NCBI GenBank assembly: GCA_041596895.1
Contig: JBFHHS010000001.1
Location: forward strand, 1 to 49,584
DNA length: 49,584 bases
Direction: 5' to 3'
Origin: Crocinitomicaceae bacterium
GTDB taxonomy: Bacteria > Bacteroidota > Bacteroidia > Flavobacteriales_D > Crocinitomicaceae
Shown: piece by piece, positions 1-8,988 of the stretch
How the letters are laid out: the number at the start of each line of letters is the position of its first letter
How positions within the stretch are numbered: position 1 is the first letter of the stretch
The notes under the pieces: generated by a model
The model's database searches: none
The model's input: the letters and a program-made list of their open reading frames with translations, nothing else
What the model was told of the DNA's origin: nothing
Program-made: the position numbers and the translations under genes

Positions 1-432
1 CCTTCTAAAAAGAAGTTTAATTATGATGCAGAAGGTTTCATTTGTGAAGGGGATTCTTTAACGATTTTTACAAAATGTAACACGGATCCATGGACAGGAA
101 AAGCGTTTGTTTATAAAATCCCTAAAGAGCCTGGAACATACATCGCAAAGAAAAAATCGGAAGTGTTTATTGGTCCAGATGGCTGGTGGATGGATGCAAT
201 TACAGCAATGGATAAATACAAAGGATATCTGTATTTAAGCACATATAACCGAGTAATTATCTTGAAATATGCGAATAACAAGTATAATCTTGTGAAAGAA
301 GTGCTTTTTGATGATGTTTCTCAGAAGGAGTCACTTGTGGTTTTAAACAAGAATTACATCTTTGTAGCTGACGAAAATCACCGTGTTTTAGGTGGTGGCT
401 ACTTAATAAAGTATAAGCTATCTTATGATTAA
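1..432 (+). CDS. Hypothetical protein, 3' fragment (gene starts left of the window)
   Basis: Frame 1 is open from base 1 (PSKKKFNYDAEGFICEGDSL...) through the TAA at 430-432. The track ORF 163-432 is only the part after an internal GTG. It overlaps the next gene by 8 nt, which fits an operon. I recognise no family. Confidence 0.6.
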   Translation, partial: PSKKKFNYDAEGFICEGDSLTIFTKCNTDPWTGKAFVYKIPKEPGTYIAKKKSEVFIGPDGWWMDAITAMDKYKGYLYLSTYNRVIILKYANNKYNLVKEVLFDDVSQKESLVVLNKNYIFVADENHRVLGGGYLIKYKLSYD

Positions 433-1093
433 TATTGAAGAATTTGAAGCCGTAATTTTTGACATGGATGGCGTGTTAATAGATTCTGAACCTTTATGGA
501 AAATTGCGATGGAAGAGGTTTTTCATTCTGTTGGCTGTCCACTTACTCGTGAAGATTTCCAGCATACCGTAGGGCTGCGGATAGATGAAGTAATTAGTTA
601 TTGGTACAATCATGTTGGATGGGAAAATTGTAGCGAAAAAGAGGTGGAAGAGCGTATCATTAATCGAATGATTGAGCTGATTCATCAGAACGGTGATCCA
701 TTGCCTGGGGTTATAAACACCATTGGTTTTTTAAAAGAACGGAATATAAAAATTGGCTTAGCAACTTCTTCGTATAGTGTTTTAATCAAAGCTGTTTTAG
801 AAACACTTTCAATTGAAGAAAAATTTGATTTTGTGCACTCTGCAGAAAATGAAAAATTTGGAAAACCACACCCCGCGGTTTATTTAACTGTGGCAGAACA
901 TTTGAATGTTTCTCCTTTAAAATGTTTGGTAATAGAGGACTCGTTAAATGGAATAATATCAGGAAGAGCTGCACGAATGAAAGTGGTTTGTATACCAGAA
1001 AAAACGCATAATCCAGAACCAAAATTGAGTGTAGCCGATTATACTTTTGAAACGATGTCTCATCTTTTAAATGATTTAATAAACGAATTATGA
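425..1093 (+). CDS. HAD-superfamily sugar/hexitol phosphatase (YniC/HxpB-like, beta-phosphoglucomutase subfamily)
   Basis: HAD motif I is DMDGVLIDSEPLW. TVGLRIDEV, GKPHPAVYL and EDSLNGIISGRAARM are collinear with my memory of E. coli YniC/HxpB. An ATGA overlap links it to the next gene. Confidence 0.85.
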   Translation: MINIEEFEAVIFDMDGVLIDSEPLWKIAMEEVFHSVGCPLTREDFQHTVGLRIDEVISYWYNHVGWENCSEKEVEERIINRMIELIHQNGDPLPGVINTIGFLKERNIKIGLATSSYSVLIKAVLETLSIEEKFDFVHSAENEKFGKPHPAVYLTVAEHLNVSPLKCLVIEDSLNGIISGRAARMKVVCIPEKTHNPEPKLSVADYTFETMSHLLNDLINEL

Positions 1094-1956
1094 TTAAGTA
1101 TAACCCAAAAAGTTGGATCAAACTTATTTTCGCTTTACATAAAAGTGATACGATTAGAATTCTGTGGAAAGAGCTCATTTACATCGGCGCGTTTACCTTG
1201 TTAACCTCCTTTCTTGTCATAACGTATTTCCCGTATAAAGAGATTTTAAAAGAATTGATGGCTGTTTATTCATTGATCGGGTTTGTTATTTCACTTTTAC
1301 TTGTTTTTAGAACGAATACGGGGTATGACCGTTGGTGGGAAGGAAGAAAACAGTGGGGAATGTTGGTGAATAACTCTCGAAATCTTGCAATCAAACTTTC
1401 TAGTTTATTAAAAGAAAAGGAGGATAGAGATTATTTTGAAAGAATGATTCCGAATTTTGTTTACGCAATGAAAGAACATTTACGCCAGGGTGTAGATTTA
1501 GAAGAATTAGAGATTACCTCAGAAGAACGAGGTCGTTTTCAAGAAATCAATCATATTCCAAATGAAATTGTATCCATGATGTATAAAAAAATACACGGGT
1601 TAATGGAACAAGGAAAAATTACACAAGAAGAGTTTATTGTAATAGATAAAAACTTCAATTCACTGTTAGATATACTAGGTGCATGTGAGCGAATTAAAAA
1701 CACTCCTATTCCTTATTCGTATAGCTTGTTCATTAAAAAATTCATTTTTGTTTATGTTACAACAATTCCCTTGGCGTTTATTCCAACTTTTGGATACTTC
1801 TCTTCTCTTATAGCTACGTTTGTTTTTTATGTGCTGGTTTCTATGGAGGTTTTGGCTGAGGAAATTGAAGAACCTTTCGGTGAAGATGACAATGATTTAC
1901 CAACGGGTGATCTTACTCTAAAAATCCAGCAAAATGTGCGTGATATTTTCAAATAA
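1090..1956 (+). CDS. Bestrophin-family anion channel (UPF0187/YneE-like)
   Basis: FRTNTGYDRWWEGRKQWG, CERIKNTPIPYSYS and LAEEIEEPFGEDDNDLP match the conserved YneE/bestrophin blocks. Several TM helices are present. Confidence 0.85.
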   Translation: MIKYNPKSWIKLIFALHKSDTIRILWKELIYIGAFTLLTSFLVITYFPYKEILKELMAVYSLIGFVISLLLVFRTNTGYDRWWEGRKQWGMLVNNSRNLAIKLSSLLKEKEDRDYFERMIPNFVYAMKEHLRQGVDLEELEITSEERGRFQEINHIPNEIVSMMYKKIHGLMEQGKITQEEFIVIDKNFNSLLDILGACERIKNTPIPYSYSLFIKKFIFVYVTTIPLAFIPTFGYFSSLIATFVFYVLVSMEVLAEEIEEPFGEDDNDLPTGDLTLKIQQNVRDIFK

Positions 1957-2003
1957 GTAGGCTTATTCTTTATCTTTGTAGAATACAAATAAAACCAACA
2001 AAA

Positions 2004-2600
2004 ATGAAAAATTTATTCATGCTAATTTGTTGTGCATTAGTCGTTAGTACCACTACTGCACAAGATTTTGAGAAAGGAGGAAATTATGTGTCGTTAGGTT
2101 ATGGTCTTGATCCTTGGGGATACCCGGGTGTTGCAGGAACTGCTTTATTAGGAACATATAAGAAAACAGCAATCGGTCCAATTCGTTTGTCTTATGAGCG
2201 AGGTGTCACAGACATCTTGGGAATCGGTAGAATTGGTGCTGGTGGATCTATCGTTCAATCGTTTTATACCCAAAAGTATACGAATGGGGCTTATGTTTCA
2301 ACATACACAAGATCGCGATTAGGAATCATTGCACGTGCTGCTTACCACTTCGAGTTTGACATTCCAAAAATGGATGTTTATGCTGGTGTTGGTGGTGGGT
2401 TTTATATTAACTCTGACAAGGACAAAATTCCGAATGCACTTAACCCAAATCAATATACTGAATCAAGAAGTTCAAGTGTTTCTGGAGGACACTATATTTT
2501 TGCGGGAATTAGATATTATTTCACAGATGCCTTTGGTGTATACGCTGAAGCTGGACACGGAGTGTCAGCATTAAATGGTGGAATTGTATTTAAGTTCTAA
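2004..2600 (+). CDS. Small outer-membrane beta-barrel (porin-family) protein
   Basis: It has a signal peptide (MKNLFMLICCALVVSTTTAQ), alternating aromatic/Gly strands and a C-terminal ...GGIVFKF ending in Phe. A strong terminator follows. Confidence 0.6.
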   Translation: MKNLFMLICCALVVSTTTAQDFEKGGNYVSLGYGLDPWGYPGVAGTALLGTYKKTAIGPIRLSYERGVTDILGIGRIGAGGSIVQSFYTQKYTNGAYVSTYTRSRLGIIARAAYHFEFDIPKMDVYAGVGGGFYINSDKDKIPNALNPNQYTESRSSSVSGGHYIFAGIRYYFTDAFGVYAEAGHGVSALNGGIVFKF

Positions 2601-2621
2601 AACGGATTAAATTCAATTTGA

Positions 2622-2651
2622 AGCCTTCATGGAAACATGAGGGCTTTTTTT
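2622..2651 (+). terminator. Rho-independent terminator after the OM barrel gene
   Basis: AGCCTTCATG-GAAA-CATGAGGGCT forms a 10-bp stem with one G:U and a GNRA loop, followed by TTTTTTT. It sits between convergent genes. Confidence 0.8.
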
Positions 2652-3189
2652 ATGAAAGTGTTTTTCGATAACAATCAAAGGTGCATGGTTGAATCAATCC
2701 TTCGGCTTTATATGCTTTGTCTGGTTTTAATTCCGCGAAAGTTCCAGACATCATATAATGATAACCTAACTTGGTATACCAGTTTTTTAAAACGATCTTA
2801 AACGGAACTTCTTCTGCAAGAGGTCTCAAAATTTCAAGGTCCATATATTTTGCTCCGGCTTTCAAAGCGTATTGTTCTGCATATTTTACCAAGCTCAACC
2901 CTATCCCATTTCCCTTTAAGCTAAAGTCGGCCGATAACAAACCAAAAGAATACGTTTCTTTTTCTTTTTGATATACATAAATACTACCGACTGGTTTTTT
3001 ATCTATGGTTGCATAAAAGATTTCACCCCGATTGATTAATTCAATAAATTCATCTTTTAATATTCGAACATAATTCTCTCCCCAAACTTCTTTCTCGGTT
3101 TCTGCATACGCATAAATAAGAATGTCGTAAATACGATTAAAATCAGCCGTATTTAATAATTCCATCGAAGCTTGTTTGATTTCAATCAC
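2650..3189 (-). CDS. GNAT-family N-acetyltransferase
   Basis: 179 aa. An acetyl-CoA-binding-like segment (LKGNGIGLSLVKYAEQYALKAGAKYMDLE) has the typical GNAT length and layout. It lies 2 nt downstream of the membrane protein gene. Confidence 0.7.
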   Translation of the reverse strand: MIEIKQASMELLNTADFNRIYDILIYAYAETEKEVWGENYVRILKDEFIELINRGEIFYATIDKKPVGSIYVYQKEKETYSFGLLSADFSLKGNGIGLSLVKYAEQYALKAGAKYMDLEILRPLAEEVPFKIVLKNWYTKLGYHYMMSGTFAELKPDKAYKAEGLIQPCTFDCYRKTLS

Positions 3190-3191
3190 GG

Positions 3192-5012
3192 CTAGTTGTA
3201 AGTTTTTTGTTTTGTTATGTGTTTCGTTTGAAGAATACTGAAATCATCGTATTTGAATTCATGATTTTCTTTATTCCAAACATAAAAACGCAGTTGATTT
3301 CCATCTATGTTTTCCGGTAGTTTGACATTTAGTTGGAGTTTGCTCCATCCATTTTTAATAGTAGAAATATCCGAGGCCGCATCGTAAAACGCGAAACCAT
3401 TGTCGCCTTCAACCACCAAGTGTATTTCAAAAGGATTATTTACCCATGTTGAAATGTAAATGTGCGTAGCATTTTCATGTGGAATGATTTTATGTTGTAA
3501 ACTATACATGGTCCCTTTTGGAATTCTTAGGCCGCCAGAGTGATCTCTTCCTCCTTTAGGTTGAAAGAACTGGATTTGATTTGTATCGCAATCGATTGGA
3601 TCATTGAAAGAAAAATGCCGGACGGATATAGTATCCACAAAAATATATTTTACCACATTCTTGCGATTCATTGCTTCTGATATAACTGGGTCTTCTAAAA
3701 GCGTCTCATAAATTTGACTTGGTTTTTCTCTACCAAATGAATCCCAATAAGCGGCTTTCGTCATTCTTCCCCAATCGATTAAACCCTTGTCAAATTGTGT
3801 GTTTTGTTTGATATTTAAAAGTATGCCAGAGAAAACAACAATTCCGAAAAGAATTTTGAAAACACCTCGTTTGCTGCCAATCCAAGCGATAAATCCAGCC
3901 AAAGGAATTGAAAGTAACGGATAGAGGTTAATAAATGCACGATTCCCGAAACCAACATACCACCAACACCACCAAGAAACGATAACATAAGTGTACAGCA
4001 CAAATATACTTACAGTGTAAAGATTGAATGGCTTTTTGTATCGATGTAAAAACAACCCTAAAATTGAAAAAATCATGAGGGGACTGTAGACCAACCAACC
4101 ATTGCGGTAGCTGAAAAAAGCGTCGCTAAATTGAGGCTGAAGAAAGAAGAAGGACTCATCATCATATGAATAGAAGAAGAAGTTTCCAGAGATGTATTTG
4201 AAGTAAATGAGCTGTGGAAGGAGCATCAAAAACGCCACGAAAAGCATTAGAGTAACATGTGTTTTTTTATTCCAAAACAGTGAAAACCTACTCTTTAAAT
4301 CATTCCAAGAATTGATATGGACTAACGGAATAAAGAAGATGAATAATAAATCAACCGGACGAATTAAAACCATTAATCCTGAAGTTACACCAATAATGAT
4401 ACTCCACTTAATACTTGGTTTTGTTAGCCATTTTACTGTAGCATACATGAAAATAATAATCAGTGCAAAACTGTATCCATGCGAATAACTTATACTTCCA
4501 GTTAAATAATGAAAAAGATTTGTTCCAAGAAAAAGTATAAGAATAGTAATAGAGGTTACAACTTGACTAAAGTAAAGTCGAAGAAATTTGATTGAAAAAA
4601 TGAGTGATAAGGCTAAATAAAATAACCCACATATGGTTAAGGCTACTTTATATGGAGTTGAAAATCCATTGGCTTCATAATCACTGTTCTGCGCATAAAG
4701 GTGACCAGCAGCAAAGAATGGACTGTAAAGAATGGACATTCCACTGGTAAATTTTATAAATCGCGTTCCGTCTTTAGCTTGTGAAAACCAGATATGTGTA
4801 GCTTTATTCGGATCGTAAATGGCTGCTTTCTCCAGTTTTATATCTCCTTGAATAAATAATGTTGGAAGGTAGGCGTAATATCCACGGACATCACCAGTTA
4901 TTACACCGTTATCATCTTTCCATTTCGCCTGATTAAAAACAGTAACAAGTACCGTTAAAAAGATAACGAGTCCTGTAAGTGTTATTAAAGCCTTAGATTT
5001 TAGATTTTCCAT
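3192..5012 (-). CDS. Polytopic membrane protein, GT-C (ArnT/PMT, GT39-like) fold candidate with a C-terminal soluble beta-rich domain
   Basis: About 12 hydrophobic helices are followed by roughly 190 soluble residues (…GGLRIPKGTMYSLQH…HLVVEGDNGFAFYDAASD…LRFYVWNKENHEF). I chose the start at MENLKSKALITL (ATG 5012), because the longer track ORF to 5114 would read through a strong terminator hairpin. Confidence 0.6.
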   Translation of the reverse strand: MENLKSKALITLTGLVIFLTVLVTVFNQAKWKDDNGVITGDVRGYYAYLPTLFIQGDIKLEKAAIYDPNKATHIWFSQAKDGTRFIKFTSGMSILYSPFFAAGHLYAQNSDYEANGFSTPYKVALTICGLFYLALSLIFSIKFLRLYFSQVVTSITILILFLGTNLFHYLTGSISYSHGYSFALIIIFMYATVKWLTKPSIKWSIIIGVTSGLMVLIRPVDLLFIFFIPLVHINSWNDLKSRFSLFWNKKTHVTLMLFVAFLMLLPQLIYFKYISGNFFFYSYDDESFFFLQPQFSDAFFSYRNGWLVYSPLMIFSILGLFLHRYKKPFNLYTVSIFVLYTYVIVSWWCWWYVGFGNRAFINLYPLLSIPLAGFIAWIGSKRGVFKILFGIVVFSGILLNIKQNTQFDKGLIDWGRMTKAAYWDSFGREKPSQIYETLLEDPVISEAMNRKNVVKYIFVDTISVRHFSFNDPIDCDTNQIQFFQPKGGRDHSGGLRIPKGTMYSLQHKIIPHENATHIYISTWVNNPFEIHLVVEGDNGFAFYDAASDISTIKNGWSKLQLNVKLPENIDGNQLRFYVWNKENHEFKYDDFSILQTKHITKQKTYN

Positions 5013-5043
5013 CTTGTGGGTTAAAAGTATGGATTTAGTAGTC

Positions 5044-5081
5044 AAAAAAAAAGGCCTCACAATCATACGATGTGAAACCTT
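5044..5081 (-). terminator. Rho-independent terminator (minus strand) 31 nt upstream of the GT-C gene start
   Basis: The minus-strand RNA AAGGUUUCACA-ucguaugau-UGUGAGGCCUU forms an 11-bp stem with two G:U pairs, followed by U9. Confidence 0.75.
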
Positions 5082-5137
5082 AGTTTTTTGCGTAACAGCA
5101 TCGCCTGGATGCATTACGAATTAGTATGTTAATCATT

Positions 5138-5242
5138 CTATTTTAATTTAGGAGAAATATTTTGGATGAACATTAAATACTCTTCTAATGATGCAGATAA
5201 CATGATATCTACTGCTTCTGATTTTTTTTCTACGTTTTTCAT
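5138..5242 (-). CDS. Possible 34-aa small ORF (MKNVEKKSEAVDIMLSASLEEYLMFIQNISPKLK)
   Basis: An ATG...TAG ORF lies in the 200-bp gap between the MORN gene and the terminator at 5044-5081. It is too short for the supplied track. A competing 26-codon ORF exists on the plus strand, so coding status is uncertain. Confidence 0.2.
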   Translation of the reverse strand: MKNVEKKSEAVDIMLSASLEEYLMFIQNISPKLK

Positions 5243-5320
5243 AATTTGAATTTTTAAAGTTGTATTAATCACTTTTCAAATCCTGTGCCAAAAACACTTG
5301 TAAACAGTCAACTGTTTGGT

Positions 5321-6316
5321 TTATAGCTTTTTGTACTTTATTAAAACGTCGTTTTTCCAGACACACTGTACTTTATTTCCATTGGACATGAGGTAAATTC
5401 CAGATCCATGTTTAACGTTGTTTACCCACGAACCTTTGTAGGAATCTCCGGTAAGTGAGTAATAGGTTCCGGTTCCATTTTTCTTCCCATTCGTAAAGTT
5501 TCCAATGTATTTTTCACCTGAAGCATAGATACGCGTACCGAATCCGTTTAGAGTATTATTTGAAAACTGACCTGTGAATGAACCACCATCTGCCCATATA
5601 AAAACACCTTTACCATTTTTTTTATTCTGTTTAAAACCACCTTCATATTTTGAGCCATTTGCATAGAAGTATTTTCCTTGTCCATGTTTGAGTCCATTTT
5701 TGAACTCCCCCTCATACCGATCTCCGTTTGCATAGATACGAGTTGCGGTTCCATTGAATTCGTTATGATAAAATTCACCCATGTAGCTCCCACCATTCGC
5801 CCAATAAAAAGATCCTTTTCCTTGTTTTTCGCCTAAGTGGAACTTTCCCAAATATTTACTTCCATCTGCATAATAACAAGTTCCATCTCCGTGTTTTAAT
5901 CCATTCTCCCAATTTCCTTCGTATCGATTTCCTGCTGCGTCTGAAAAACTTCCACTCCCATGTCTTTTACCATGATAGTACTGTCCAGAGTAGACTTCCC
6001 CTAAAACTGATTTATAGGTACCTTGACCATGTTTTTCATAGCCGAAAAATTCACCTTGATAAACATCGCCATTTACGTATTCGTAAGTTCCAGATCCTCG
6101 CATATCACCATTTACCCAATCACCATAGTATTTATCACCCTTGGCATTTGTGTAGGTACCTTTGCCATGAGCTTTCCCATTTTTCCATGTCCCGACATAA
6201 GTTTCGCCGCGCGTATTTTCATATGTTCCTACGCCATTGATGCAATCTCCAGAGACACAATCGTTGGAAAACGAAAGAAAGGGAATGAATACAAGAAGGG
6301 TAAGAATTCGAAACAT
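5321..6316 (-). CDS. Secreted MORN-repeat protein
   Basis: A signal peptide is followed by more than a dozen tandem ~23-aa units of the Y.G.W.NGK.HG.GT type (for example YVGTWKNGKAHGKGTY and YEGNWENGLKHGDGTCYY). Confidence 0.85.
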   Translation of the reverse strand: MFRILTLLVFIPFLSFSNDCVSGDCINGVGTYENTRGETYVGTWKNGKAHGKGTYTNAKGDKYYGDWVNGDMRGSGTYEYVNGDVYQGEFFGYEKHGQGTYKSVLGEVYSGQYYHGKRHGSGSFSDAAGNRYEGNWENGLKHGDGTCYYADGSKYLGKFHLGEKQGKGSFYWANGGSYMGEFYHNEFNGTATRIYANGDRYEGEFKNGLKHGQGKYFYANGSKYEGGFKQNKKNGKGVFIWADGGSFTGQFSNNTLNGFGTRIYASGEKYIGNFTNGKKNGTGTYYSLTGDSYKGSWVNNVKHGSGIYLMSNGNKVQCVWKNDVLIKYKKL

Positions 6317-6470
6317 ATTATAATCACTATTTAATGCTAACCGTTCATGTCAGACAAGTTCAAAGCAGATTCCTTACGAATTAAACGTATAAATATTTAT
6401 AAGCGTTGAATTTACTTTTTCGAACAATTAATTTCATATGGTTATCTTCACGATTGAATCAAAAAATAGA

Positions 6471-7538
6471 ATGATCGAATTAAATCGTTTCCTAAATTTT
6501 ATTGCTGTGCTAATGCTTGCTTTTTCAATAAATGCTCAAGACACAGTTAAGGTAAAACGGGTAAAAGTATTGCCAACGCCATCATTTGGTTATTCTCCTG
6601 AAACCAATGCGTATGCTGGAGCTGTATGCTTGTTCACTATTGATGCGTATCAAGACGGTAAAACGCGCTCATCAAATGCAAAAATTGAAGGCGTTTATAC
6701 CTGGAATCGGCAACTTATATTCGAGAATGAATGGAATTACTTCTTTAAAGAAGAGAAATGGTTTACACAAGGTTTGATTCACTACTCAAAATATCCTGAC
6801 TTATATTATGGCATTGGTGCTGATGCTGATATTTCAGAAGAAGTTACGTTTGATAGTGATCGGTTTCGAGCTGATTTTCATTTGTTGCGAAAGGTAAAGG
6901 GCACGTTTTTTACGGGGTTAGGTTTACGTGCTAATGACTATTCTAAAGTAAAATACAATGATAGTATTACTCACCATAATTCGCTAATAAGCGCGCGTAA
7001 TTATGGTGTTAAACTTATGGTTCGAGAGGATTCTAGAAATAACATCTTAACCACTACACAAGGAAACTATCTTGAATTTGTGAGCACGATTAATTTCGGA
7101 AGCTATATATACAATAACCTATCGGTAGATGTTCGAAAGTACTATGAACTTGGGAAAAAAAATAAACAAGTTTTCGCTGGTCGTTTCTTTCACAGTTCAG
7201 TAATAGGAAACCCAGAGTTTTATGATTTTTCATTGATTGGAGGGGATCGATTGGTTCGAGGTTATCTGTATGGAAGGTTTAGAGATCACCACTTATCGAC
7301 GATGCAACTCGAGTACCGTGCACATTTGTTTTGGCGAATTGGTGTAGCAGCTTTTGGTGGAATTTCAATGATTTATAACAATTTGAATAAACTATCTAAT
7401 CATAATGTGAAGCCTAATTTAGGTGGTGGACTTCGTTTTTTAGTGGATAAAAAGGAGAATACCTATTTGCGATTGGATTATGCGATTGGTGTTAATAATC
7501 AATCCGGTTTTTATGTCAGTTTTGGTGAATCGTTTTAA
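6471..7538 (+). CDS. Omp85/surface-antigen (D15)-like outer-membrane barrel without POTRA domains
   Basis: The start is taken at MIELNRFLNFIAVLMLAFSINAQ (signal peptide). LIGGDRLVRGYLYGRFRDHHLSTMQLEYR and GGGLRF blocks are present. The C-terminal beta-signal is ...GFYVSFGESF. At about 355 aa it is barrel-sized only. Confidence 0.55.
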   Translation: MIELNRFLNFIAVLMLAFSINAQDTVKVKRVKVLPTPSFGYSPETNAYAGAVCLFTIDAYQDGKTRSSNAKIEGVYTWNRQLIFENEWNYFFKEEKWFTQGLIHYSKYPDLYYGIGADADISEEVTFDSDRFRADFHLLRKVKGTFFTGLGLRANDYSKVKYNDSITHHNSLISARNYGVKLMVREDSRNNILTTTQGNYLEFVSTINFGSYIYNNLSVDVRKYYELGKKNKQVFAGRFFHSSVIGNPEFYDFSLIGGDRLVRGYLYGRFRDHHLSTMQLEYRAHLFWRIGVAAFGGISMIYNNLNKLSNHNVKPNLGGGLRFLVDKKENTYLRLDYAIGVNNQSGFYVSFGESF

Positions 7539-7547
7539 CTATTTATT

Positions 7548-8987
7548 ATGAAAAAAGGAATCTTATTGATTTGTTTGTTAGCAAATGCTTTAGTGCATGC
7601 GCAAGATGTGAATTGGAATTATAAAATGGATTCTGCCGCCGTGTTTTCGTCTCCGAGATTTGCCGATTTAACAAATGATGGAGTCTTGGATGTTGTTATC
7701 GGTGCCGGAAATGAAAATTTTGCAATTCAAAATGGTGTTGTAGCCGTTGATGGAGCTTCAGGAAAGGTTCTTTGGAAATACAGCACTCGATCTCAGATCT
7801 ATACCAGCGCCATGTTTCAAGACATAAATCAAGATCAAGTTCCTGATGTTTTTATTGCTGGTAGAAACGCACAGTTATATGCAATCGATGGAAAAACAGG
7901 GCAATTAATATGGCAATTCTGGCCAGGAACATACAGGGAGGCAAGAGCCGCAAATTTTCATAATTTTTATATGACGCAGTTTGTGGAAGATCAAAACAAA
8001 GATGGTATTCGTGATTTGCTAGTAAGTAACGGTGGAGATGCCTACATCCTTCCTAATGATACCGTGCGTCCGAGAGGAAAGGTGATGCTAATATGCAGTG
8101 TGACGGGAAAAACAATTGCACAAGACGAATTGCCACATCACCGTGAAACCTATTATGCTCCTCATATTCGATATAAAAAAGGCAAAAAGAAACCTATGGT
8201 CATTTATGCTTCTGGGGGAGAAACTATTGATGGTAAACTTTGGCAAGTACCGTTAAAAAAACTGCGTAAAGGGAACATCAAAAAATCGAAAGTATTGATC
8301 GAAGATACTGTAAAAGGGTTTATTGTAAACTCTGTTTTGGCCGATTTGAATCATGATGGCGTGCATGATATAATTAATACACGATTAAATAGTGTTCTTT
8401 CTGCTGTTGATGGAAAATCAGGAGAGGTTATTTGGGAACAACTTTTTCCAGGATATGAGTGCTATGTTGCACCTACTGTTGGGTATTTTGTGGGAGATGA
8501 AACGCCTGATATTTTCATAACGATTGCGAAAGGAGCTTATCCAAATTATGAATCGTTTGATCAATTAGTGATTGATGGTAACACAGGAGAGATTTCTTCT
8601 CGAACATCAAATGGTACATTTCAGTTTGCTTCAGCAATTGCAGCAGACCTCAACGGAGATGGTTTGGACGAAATTATTTACAACGAGAACAAAATGGATA
8701 TAGAGACTTATGCAACAACCAATCAATTTCGAGTTATGGACATTCATAATGGAACATCAGAATTTATTGGTGAACGTAGAATAGGAACTTGCTTTTCAAG
8801 CACACCATCACTTGTAGATGTAGACAATGATGGAAAATTGGAGTTGGTTTTCGCGTATTCAAATTCTTTAAATAGTGAGGATGAGTATTCGATTATCGAA
8901 TGCATTAAAACAGATTACGAGGTTCAAAACATTTCATTCCCAGGATATCTTGGGAAAAGCGAGAATGGATGGTTTGAAGGGAGGTGA
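7548..8987 (+). CDS. Secreted beta-propeller repeat protein (FG-GAP/VCBS-like Ca-binding loops plus PQQ/BamB-like G..(L/I)W motifs)
   Basis: It has a signal peptide. Six D.N.DG..D loops are present (DLTNDGVLDVVIG, DINQDQVPDVFIAG, DQNKDGIRDLLVS, DLNHDGVHDIIN, DLNGDGLDEIIY, DVDNDGKLELVF). Three G..(L/I)W motifs follow the pattern (GKVLWKY, GQLIWQF, GEVIWEQ). It lies 9 nt after the Omp85-like gene. Confidence 0.7.
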   Translation: MKKGILLICLLANALVHAQDVNWNYKMDSAAVFSSPRFADLTNDGVLDVVIGAGNENFAIQNGVVAVDGASGKVLWKYSTRSQIYTSAMFQDINQDQVPDVFIAGRNAQLYAIDGKTGQLIWQFWPGTYREARAANFHNFYMTQFVEDQNKDGIRDLLVSNGGDAYILPNDTVRPRGKVMLICSVTGKTIAQDELPHHRETYYAPHIRYKKGKKKPMVIYASGGETIDGKLWQVPLKKLRKGNIKKSKVLIEDTVKGFIVNSVLADLNHDGVHDIINTRLNSVLSAVDGKSGEVIWEQLFPGYECYVAPTVGYFVGDETPDIFITIAKGAYPNYESFDQLVIDGNTGEISSRTSNGTFQFASAIAADLNGDGLDEIIYNENKMDIETYATTNQFRVMDIHNGTSEFIGERRIGTCFSSTPSLVDVDNDGKLELVFAYSNSLNSEDEYSIIECIKTDYEVQNISFPGYLGKSENGWFEGR

Positions 8988-8988
8988 G

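Noticed and set aside
163-432. Track ORF listed as an 89-aa stand-alone protein with a GTG start
   Set aside because: The same frame is open all the way to base 1, so this is the tail of a longer gene that begins outside the window.
5013-5114. N-terminal extension of the membrane protein ORF (MHPGDAVTQKTKVSHRMIVRPFFLTTKSILLTHK...)
   Set aside because: The extension would be translated through a strong terminator hairpin plus U-run (5044-5081). It is not hydrophobic or signal-like. The internal MENLKSKALITL start gives a normal first TM helix.
5302-5317. Palindrome AAACAGT-CA-ACTGTTT just after the MORN gene stop
   Set aside because: It has a short AT-rich stem and a minimal loop. It could be a weak terminator or operator, but the evidence is insufficient.
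6438-6470. Longer starts of track ORFs at 6438, 9459, 10621, 21070 and 46451
   Set aside because: In each case an internal ATG yields a canonical signal peptide or lipobox, or for 10663 a sensible N-terminus. The extra residues overlap the neighbouring gene or the promoter region.
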